Under the pieces are notes generated by a model. It worked only from the letters and a program-made list of their open reading frames with translations, made no database searches and was not told the origin of the DNA. This document shows, piece by piece, positions 51,525 to 64,000 of a stretch of DNA of 64,000 bases. The stretch comes from Octopus sinensis (taxonomy: Eukaryota). The stretch spans positions 111,414,001 to 111,478,000 of the forward strand of contig NC_043003.1 of NCBI RefSeq assembly GCF_006345805.1, read 5' to 3'. Numbering within the stretch: position 1 is the first letter of the stretch; the number at the start of each line of letters is the position of its first letter. A program made the translations under genes and the position numbers.

Positions 51525-51755
51525 GGCGGCGAGCTGGCAGAAACGTTAGCACGCCGGGCGAAATGCGTAGCCGTATTTTGTCTGTCGGTACGTTCCAAGT
51601 TCAAATTCCACCGAGGTCGACATTGCCTTTCATCCTTTCGGGGTCGATAAATAAAGTACCAGTTACGCACTGGAGTCGATGTAATCGACGTAATCCCTTT
51701 GTCTGTCCTTGTTTGTCCCCTCTGTGTTTAGCCCTTTGTGGGCAGTAAAGAAATA
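51525..51755 (+). mobile_element. SINE family A monomer
   Basis: GGCGGCGAGCTGGCAGAAACGTTAGCACGCCGGGCG head plus one core. Further relics at ~29515, 30330, 30690, 31360, 35240, 38330, 41360, 51915, 57886 and 58120. Confidence 0.85.
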
Positions 51756-52887
51756 TATACTCTTGTTATGACTGTTGTTGTTGTCGATTGTGTTGTTGTT
51801 GTTGTTATGGTGACGGTGGTGCTTTAAGCTTCAAGTATCGATATTGTTGCTCTTGCTGCTATTTTCCAGTGTTATTAAAATTGTTCATATTATTACAGTG
51901 TGCTTTAGGCAGGTGAGCAGGCAGAATCGTTACCCAGGAGGGCAAAAAGCACAGTGTCATTTCGTCCGTATGCTTCTTTATTACCCACAAGGAGCTAAAC
52001 ATAGAGGGGACAAACACTGGCTGACAAACGAATTAAGTCAATTACAACGACCCCAGTGCATAACTGGTACTTAATTTAACGACCCCGAAATGATGAAAGG
52101 CAAAGTCGACCCTGTCCGTCTTTATCTCCTGTGTTCAAATTGTGCCAATATTGTTGTAGTAAGTCTCTCTACATAACTCACTGCAAACGTTTTGAGTTCA
52201 AATTTTTCCAAAGTCAACTCTGCCTTTTTTTTCTTTAACTAATTCGATCAAATAAAGTTCAATAATGTCGTTAACGTAAGGAAACCCTGCAGTATTATGT
52301 CGATCTCATCGACTAATCCATCTCTTTTAAATTGCAAGCCTTTGTGTACTGCCCCGCAATTGAGGATTCTTTTTACTAATTATTCATTTCTCTAACTTCT
52401 TCCTATATATCTTTTGTTATATCATTAAACGCTGTAGTGTCTCCCTTTGATCCATGTAAACCACACATATTTTGCGTATTGTATCTCGTCTTGCCATATT
52501 TTTCTCCGTGTCTTGAACTAGTGTGACCAATAAAATGAAATGATATTATTGTTGTTGTTGTTAGAGCATCGAAAAAATATTTGTGGCATGTGTTTGAGCG
52601 CTTTATAGTTTCATTTGAAACCAGTGATTCACAACAAGGTTCCATATGACTATTTTCGGAATCCATATAATATTTTATCGTAAGATCTGTCCACAATGAA
52701 TCGTTTATACTTCTACAATGCAGAAAATATGTTAACAAGATTTTTTAAATACAATTCCTAATAAAAATTTAATTACAAAAACGTGTTGATTTTTTAATCG
52801 TGTAATAGCTATTTCACTCGGATTATAGAATGAAACAGAAATTAAAGGAATCCATAGACAAAAAGAAAAAGTTGAGAAGCACTACCA

Positions 52888-53027
<140 letters not shown>

Positions 53028-53239
53028 TACGGCTGATCACGAAAGACGTATTTCGAAGGAACAAGTTTTGTTTCAATCTTTAGTTTACAACCGTTTGTTG
53101 CGGTTTTTTTTTCGTTTACATATTCTTCCAGTCTCCTGATAGAAACACTAGGGTCCTGGCATTGGCATTATTTAGCCCCTAGCAGGGTTATATTCGGCCC
53201 AAATAAATTCTGTGGGGCTTTTTAGTACAATATAAATAA

Positions 53240-54620
53240 ACAAGATGGCGGAACGCATCACGGAAGATTTAATAAAAAAAAAGCTGCGCCTCGTAAAAAA
53301 TCAAAATTTTTGAATCCTGAAGATATCCCTTCTCTTCCCTCAGCTACAACTGATAACATTACCGTAGAGTGGGAGGAGAAAAAGAAGTGCGCCAAATTTC
53401 AAAGTCCACCTCACAATACCTATTTCTTTATTACCCACAAGGGGCTAAAAACAGAGGGAGCAAACAAAGACAGACATAGGTATTAAGTCGATTACATCGA
53501 CCCCAGTGCGTAACTGGTACTTAATTTATCGACCCCGAAAGGATGAAAGGCAAAGTCGACTTCGGCGGAATTTGTCCACCTCACAATACCAGCCATGAAA
53601 GCATTGGCAGCAGCAGTGACGACAATGATGGTGGCGGCAGCGGCGACGGTGAGAGCAGTGGTGGTGGCCACGGTGACAGCTGCTGCGGCGGGGGTGACAA
53701 CGGCAGCGGCGGCTGGGGTGATAGCAGAGGCCGTGGCAGCAGCGTCAACGACAACAAAAACAAAAAACAATAACGTCCCACTTACTTGAGTCGAGATTGG
53801 TGCTTGATCAATTCTTCAATGTCAAGCATGATGGTTGCGTTGTCGGTGATGGGATGCATGCTCTAAGGTAAGAGATGATGAATGCCGTTCGATGGGCCCG
53901 GGTTGCGAAGACACGACGTGGAAACAAAGACACAATTCGATCCTTGACAGGCCGGGACGGTTGCCTGCTACTTGAATCCAAACAGATGTGTACGGAATTT
54001 CAGTAGCAGGAGTGGCTTGTTTACCAACCACATGGTTCCGGGTTCCGTCCCACTGCGTGGAACCTTGGGCAACTGTCTTGTACTATAGCCTCGGGCCGAC
54101 CAAAGCCTTGTGAGTGGATTTGGTAGACGGAAACTAAAAGAAGCCCGTCGTATATATGTATATGTATATATGCGTGTGTGTGTTTGTGTGTCTGTGTTTG
54201 TAGCCCTAGCATACAACCGATGCTGGTGTGTTTATGTCCCCCGTTACTTAGCGGTTCGGCAATAGAGACCGATAGAATAAGAACTGGGCTTACAAAAGAA
54301 TAAATCCCGGGGTCGAGTTGCTCGACTAAAGGCGGTGCTCCAGCATGGTCGCAGTCGGATGACTGAAACAAGTAAAAGAGTAAAAGAGTAAAAAGAGCAC
54401 TTTGCCGAACTGTACAGAGCACCTGTGTCACGCCTCCTACTTCAAAGTAATGCCGCTCCTTTCGGCTACGGCTGCGGAATACGCAAAATGCCGATAACAG
54501 CGAAAGACATACAGGACGCTATGATTGGCTTCTCAAGGAAGAAGTCTCCGAGGTTGGATGGTTTCGAGCTTTATTTTCATATGCCAAACTTGTCCAGGGT
54601 TATCCTGGCTGCATAACGGG
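53240..54620 (+). mobile_element. Internally deleted Tx1/L1-like relic interrupted by two SINEs
   Basis: RRGNKDTIRSLTGRDGCLLLESKQMCTEFQ|(SINE B)|HFAELY...ITAKDIQDAMIGFSRKKSPRLDGFELY, matching KSPG.DG..ELY. The upstream ATGGCG ORF start at ~53245 is attributed to this element with lower confidence. Confidence 0.6.
53421..53573 (-). mobile_element. Single SINE family A core unit with a 17-bp target-site duplication
   Basis: GTCCACCTCACAATACC at 53404-53420 and again at 53574-53590. Confidence 0.85.
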
Positions 54621-54983
54621 TGTACTTCAATTTTGTTCCTCCAGAATACTGATCTCAAAATCCTAACTCTCCCCAAACAGCAGTTTTTGGTCATCCTCTG
54701 CTCTCCTGTTAATTCCAATTTCTCCGACATATTTCTCAAACTCTGTTGTTAGTGCTCCGTGTGCCCTTACAACTACTGCAACGACAGTTACTCTCTTCAT
54801 TGCCCACATTCCTAAAACTCCATTTCACAGTAAATTTACACCTTTACAGTATATTTACACATTTTCCAACTCTTTGTAGCCTACGTGTTTATTCCCATGT
54901 ATGGCAATATCTATGATTTTAGATTCCATTTTTCTCTTTATCCATTGCAATGATGTCTGGTCTCCGAGCATCAACTGGAGAAA

Positions 54984-54985
<2 letters not shown>
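54620..54985 (-). mobile_element. Old R4/Dong-like LINE 3' fragment (restriction-like endonuclease)
   Basis: Minus strand RRPDIIAMDKRKMESKIIDIAI...MWAMKRVTVVAVVVRAHG...; degraded. Confidence 0.7.
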
Positions 54986-57865
<2,880 letters not shown>

Positions 57866-59702
57866 TTTTTTTTTTTTTATTACAACTTAGGCGGCGAGTT
57901 GGCATAATCGGTAGTACGCTGGACGAAATATTTAGTGGCATTTTGTCTGTCGCTACGTTCTGAGTTCAAATTCCGCTGCAGTAGACATTACCTTTCAAAC
58001 TTTCGGGATAGATAAAATAAATACCAGTTGAACATTTGGGTCGATGTACTCGACTCATCCCCTTCCCGAAAATTGCTCTACATGTGGAAAAAATTTAGAT
58101 CATTATTATTATCATTATTATTGCGAGCTGGTAGAATCGTCACCACCCCATACAAAATGCTTAGCGATATTTGGTCCATTCTTACGTTCTAGGTTCAAAT
58201 TCTGTCGAGGTCAACATTGCCTTCCATCTTTTCGAAGTCGATAAAATAAATACCAGTGATGAACTGGGGTTGATGTAGTCGATTAATCTCCTCCACCAAA
58301 TCTTCAGGCCCTGTGTCTTTAGTAGAAATGATTATTATTATTGTTGCTGGTGGTGTTGCTGTTGTAATCGTTGTTGTTGCTATCATTATTAAGGATATAG
58401 TTGCACTTAGTCCTTTTCTAAGCTTTGCGGCTTCCACTGCCGCTTCCGTTGCGTAGCTACTGCAGCACCTGTTGCATTTGTTGTTATTATGCTTGTTGTC
58501 AGAGTTACCGGACTTGTAGCTACTCTCTCTGCCACAGCTTATCGAAGTAGCAATTGCCACCTCCCTTGATCTCTTCTTTCGCGTTGAGTATTATTTGAAT
58601 TTTGCCTTCTATTTTGTTTTTACTGCAGCTACAGATCTTACTGCAGTTGCATTAGGTGACCTCGTTGCTGAAATTACCTGATCGTGACGCACCTGTTATC
58701 TTTGTTGTTGCAGACCATAATGCGGCTGGGGCTGTTACTAACGAACGTTGTCGTTGTCTTTTATTTCTTTTTTAGCGATGTTGTTGTACTTGCTGTTCTT
58801 TAGACTATGTTACTCGATGTGTCTAATATGTTTTTGTTTATAACAACAGATAAAAAAATGTTAAGATGTATAATTTGATTATGACACAGCAGCTATTTCT
58901 AATGGATCCCGTATAGAAATACGCAGTCGATCTCTGGGTGGGCTGCTCTGAAACAAATATGAAACATGATGATGATGATGATGATAAGGAGGAGGAGGAG
59001 GAGGGGAAGGAGGAGAGGTGGACAACGACGACGACGATGACGACGATTATGATGATGATGATGTTAGTGACCATGATGGTCACGGTAGTGGTGGTGGGGG
59101 TGGCGGTAGTGCTGGTGGTGGTAGTGGCAGCGACAAAGGCGATAATATGGTGTTGACAATTGTGATGATTTTTTTCTTTTTTTTAAGGTGGAGGTGTGGA
59201 AGACGCTGATGGTGGCTGTCGTCGCAGTAGTATCCGCTATTGTCGTCGACGTTGTGGTCGGCAAGATGATAGCTATGTATTTCCCATAGCAGCAGGTGAA
59301 ACAGTCCGATAAGAAAGCGTGTGATGGAACCTGTTGACAAACATAGCGAGCTAAAAGATACTTTTACAGGATTCAAACGGAATATTTCAGCCGAGGCTGT
59401 CTTCCGACACACAGACAAGAGAACTTGCACAGACATTGGTGGGACAGAACAGAACTAAACATATATACGCATACACGCACGCCCACACGCGCGCATAATA
59501 TTCTATGTAGCAACTATAACTATCACTGATTTTTCTGTTTCTGGTATTATGTTTTCGCTATATCTTCTCAAACTGCGCGAGTCCACGAGTTTTGATGTAA
59601 TATATCTGTGTAGTTGTGGTGTGTTACATAGAGGAGAAATGTCATACGACATATATATGTAGATCATACATGCATACATGCTTACCTATGTATGAATGCA
59701 TG

Positions 59703-59757
<55 letters not shown>

Positions 59758-59890
59758 GTATGTAATGTATATGTATATACATGTATATATATAAATGCGC
59801 ATGTATATATGCGTATGAATATATATATGTGTGTGTTATCTATATACATATATGAATATATACACACATACACACACACATATATATGTA

Positions 59891-60112
<222 letters not shown>

Positions 60113-62567
60113 AAGAAAAGGCACGACACCCAATAAACGATTATCTTATGAAATTGATTAGTATATAGATACTTCCACTAGAAGATGCAGTAGACTCAGA
60201 GTTGGGAGCCTTAGAAGCACCTTACAGTTTCTTCAGAACTTCAAAGAAGTAATAAGACATAGTGTTACATGCATACAGGCGCAGGTGTGGCTGTGTTGTA
60301 AGAAGCTTTCTTCCCAACAATGTGGATCCCGGTTCAGTCCCACTGCGTGGCACGTTGAGCAAGCGTCTTCTACTATAGCCTCGAGCCGATCAAATCCTTG
60401 TTAGTGGATTTCGTTGACGGAAACTGAAAGATGTCCGTCGTATATAAATATACGTGTTTATTTGTGTGTGTCTGTGTTTGTCCCCCCACCGTCACTTTAC
60501 AACCGCTGTTGTTGTATTTACATTCCCTTAACTACAACGAATAAGTCCTGGGGTCGATTTCCTTCCGTTGCACATACTCGATATATTCTGCGTATCTCTA
60601 ACCTGTTGATTTGAATCCATCTCACAACAATTCATCTTACTGACATACGTATACGTCGAAGTTTTTGTAATTCATTTTGTGACTATTCCAGATCGAGTGT
60701 TTAGTAACCAAATAATTTCAGTTATGGCCATTCTTCTCTTCTATCCATGTATTCATTATTTATAGATATGATTAGGGCATCGTGGGTATCTGAGTGTCGT
60801 TTTGTGAATATTGTGCATTGGTTTTCTATTTTGTAATCTCACAGAAATCTGGTTTCGTGATATCATAAAATTAATCCTGTAAACAACTGTGCTAATGAAA
60901 ATAAGTTAACATTTCTTGCACTAACAAGAGAAAATATATGAAGAATGATCTACACCCTCTTACGAACTACATAGGACATGGTAAGAAAGACAATACACAT
61001 TGAATACTTATATTCACCTCAAATCTTATCACGGTTTTTGAATCAGTAGCGAAGCTGTAGCATAGGACCCTCTAAGTTAGGTTTGATTAAAAATATACTC
61101 AACTTTATATTTAGTATATATATATTCACCGGGGCAGTATGGAATCTGTTTTCTAAACGAATGAATAATTTACAAAATATATACGTATATTCGTAAACAG
61201 AATACAGTACGATTGATTTTTTTTGATTTTTTTTACTATTTGCTCACATACGTACAATAATGTTTAAGAGGATTCTTTTTCTCTGATTTCCGAAAGGAGG
61301 TGGATGAAGGCCAGAACTTCCCATCATCAAACTGGAAATTGATTCGACTGCTTGAAATCCAGCGAGCTCCGTACAATACCCCCAAGGGCGAAATGGAAAT
61401 TTTGAAGTAGGCTACGGATCAACTATAACTTATAACAACTGAGAACTCATTAATCGGAAGAAATCTCACAAAACTTTCATTAACCCTATCCTTTGCACAG
61501 TTTGGAAACCTCACCTTATCGAATCCAAAAGAACGGAAGCCAAATTTAAAATTGACATGATTTAATCTCAGATAGCCGAAATAAACACAGTAAGACATTA
61601 ACTCAACCAAATCATCTAATCATTCTTACTCCATCATGCGTCATGACTCACCAGTGTCGACGGCTAATATTTCCACATATAATCACAAACATCTACAACA
61701 AAATTGTGTACCTCGTACAATCGATCGGTTGTGCAGTTGGTCGGGTGAGAAAAAAGTAAATATTCTCAAAATAAAATACTATATGCTTATGATCTATAAA
61801 AATACTCTATGGATATAATCTATAAAACTCAGCTCTAAGTGGGCGGTAATTGAATATATCTATAAAAAAGACCCAACGTTTATGTGCATCCGTTTATGTG
61901 TCTCTCAAGAAGTACATTTACCAATATAGCGTTTGTTTAAGGCAGCAGTGTATGATTTGAAAGATATTTGACTGCTGCGTCTAACATTTCGATCAACCAC
62001 TCGGAGACACATTTATTGCATGCATGATGTTTCATTGCTGCAGCAATTGCTGATCCATCAATTGCCTGCCATTACATTATCGATCACTGCCAATATATAG
62101 GCACATCTGTCAAAGCTTTCCACAATAACTATAACACTTTACTGCGAAATCTATCTCACCTGTACACAAACCATATAATGAGAGAAAGAACGATCCAACA
62201 AGGAGGACTCTAATCACTTGATTGATGACCTAGAAATAGCAACCAAATATCCATCGAACTATAATCAATCTTTATTTGCGAAGAACGACAATTTAAATGC
62301 GGTTCCTTGACTTTATTATTCCTTATAAAGTGATTGAACGCTCACGAAATGAATGGCTATAATTAAGATATGCTTGATCAGAGCTGACACGAAAATAGCA
62401 AACAACAGGAACAACAAAACGCACGCAACAAAACACACACACACTGGCCCAGCAACAAAATTTGCTTAGGAGGTGCAAACCCAGGTCCTAATTTTTAATG
62501 AAAAATGGGAATTTTTCCAATGTTAACATTAAAACAAATGCAGGTATAATAATAATTTTTATTATTA

Positions 62568-62930
62568 TGAGGGTCGGCTGAAATGTTCATAATCTGAGCA
62601 AGACACTCTCAATAGAATGTGACCAAATGAAGTTCTTTTTCTAACATAGTTCCTCTTACTGTCCACACACTTCCATAAGTAGTTGCAGTGCTTAGGTCGC
62701 ACTGGTGAAGATGATTTTCTGTTGATCAAAATGGCCATCAACAACAGATAACATGTTCTCATCATAGTGATACTGGTGCTCAGCTGAGTGTTTTTCTATG
62801 TTGGGAAACAGTTGATAACCAGAAGGAGCCAAATCACTAACATAGGGAGGATGATCAACCAGTCCAAAGCCAGTCATACACAGCAGCCATTGAAACCAAA
62901 GATTTGTGTGCTGAAGCATTATCCTAAGGA
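62568..62930 (-). mobile_element. Mariner (Tc1/mariner) transposon 3' relic with its terminal inverted repeat
   Basis: Minus strand QDNASAHKSLVSMAAV...GLVDHPPYVSDLAPSGYQLFPNIEKH (DNAxxH...HPPYSPDLAPSD). TIR-like TA|TGAGGGTCGGCTGAAATGTTCATA at 62566. Confidence 0.88.
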
Positions 62931-63611
62931 AACAAGACTACATTCATAAGTTTTTCTGGGTGTTTATTCTTGATAGCCTTTCATAACTACCTTGGGAAGT
63001 TAGCATTGAAATTTTCCATTGATGGTGTGATCATTTTGAAGATAGCCAATAAACACAATATATTTTGCATTAATGCATAGTATATGTAATAATGTGAAGT
63101 ATAATTTGCCAGCATGGAAAATAGACATTAAACGATGATGTATTACCTATGCACTGGTCAAGTAGAAAAACGATGAGTGATAAAAAATTGGATTGTCTTT
63201 TGGTACCAAAAAAGTGAAGAAAGAGAGTAGAAAAGGTTAGGGAAGAGCAAGTAGGAAGAAAGAGAGAGTTCGGAGAAATCAGGGAATAAAGATAGACAGT
63301 AGGTAGTTGATAGAGATGGACAGGGAAAGAAATGGAAAGCAGCAGTAAGGCAGAGAGGTAGATAGAGTGGAGAGGAGAAGGACAGAGAAATAGATAGAAA
63401 AGAGAGTATTGCGCCCAAATATTGAACACTATGTAGGGTACTGAGTGGGAGCAGAAGTGGGTGTGTAATATTACATTGAGTAACAGCCGCCATAAAATGT
63501 TGCACCGAAAGTCAACACACACATATAGAATGATGAAGGAAATTGTTGTATACAGTGCTCGGGTGCACAACAACTAAAAAGAAAAAAAATGGCTATCGGG
63601 TGTACTTTTAG

Positions 63612-64000
63612 CGGAGAGGAATCAACCTCAACACCAAGCTGAAAGTCTACCGGGCAGTCGTGCTTACCACCCTACTATACGGCTGCGAGACGTGGACTGC
63701 TTACCGAAGGCACGAGCGCCAGATAAACCACTTCCACCTCAGGTGTCTTCGGAACCTCCTTCACATCCGCTGGCAGGACAAAGTCCCAGACACGGAAGGT
63801 CTGAAGCAGGCAGATCTCCCTAGCACCATCACGATCATGCGCAAGGCCCAGCTGAGATGGGCAGGCCACGTCTCCCGCATGTCCTACACTCGCACCCCAA
63901 AACAGCTCTTCTACGGTGAACTCAGCCATGGCAAACGCAAAGTCGGAGGGCAGAAGAAGCGCTTCAAGGACAGTCTCAAAGTCTCTCCCAAAGACTTCTC
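63612..64000 (+). mobile_element. RTE-clade LINE, C-terminal ORF part; open frame runs off the right edge
   Basis: RRGINLNTKLKVYRAVVLTTLLYGCETWTAYRRH...QLRWAGHVSRM...PKQLFYGEL...GGQKKRFKDSLK; no stop seen; 5'-truncated at ~63610. Confidence 0.93.

Noticed and set aside
61300-61800. Possible CR1/L2 relic (FINPILCTVWKPHL) and ORF 61419-61610
   Set aside because: Only one weak motif; too degraded to call.

Overview
Eukaryotic, AT-rich genomic DNA packed with microsatellites and repeats. The SINE families and overall texture look like a cephalopod (Octopus-like) genome; this is my recognition, not a database result. The only host gene I can support is the first coding exon of a GABA-B receptor subunit 2 (GABBR2-like) gene on the minus strand (35478-35801). 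Bases 1-35477 are therefore probably intronic, and 35.8-64 kb is upstream or intergenic. The most striking structure is at 1-7835: a very AT-rich Penelope-like retroelement (RT with YRDD plus a C-terminal GIY-YIG endonuclease). Its 3' part is duplicated in inverted orientation (arms 1-2330 and 4224-6560, with a 1.9 kb RT spacer). It has a ~3.2 kb non-coding tail carrying a ~628-bp tandem repeat and ends in a textbook minimal hammerhead ribozyme (7622-7664) next to a (TA)n tract. Six further hammerhead-like motifs sit in short microsatellite-embedded fragments, four of them within 42.2-44.9 kb. Other content: a ~530-bp near-perfect palindrome (40368-40895), a Helitron-like element joined to a piggyBac transposase fragment, R4/Dong-like LINEs in (TAA)n, Tx1/L1, CR1 and RTE LINE relics, a mariner relic, MITEs, a candidate solo LTR and many tRNA-derived SINEs, some of them multimeric. 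Most ORFs in the supplied track are microsatellite translation artefacts. Repeat boundaries were read by eye and are approximate unless stated.
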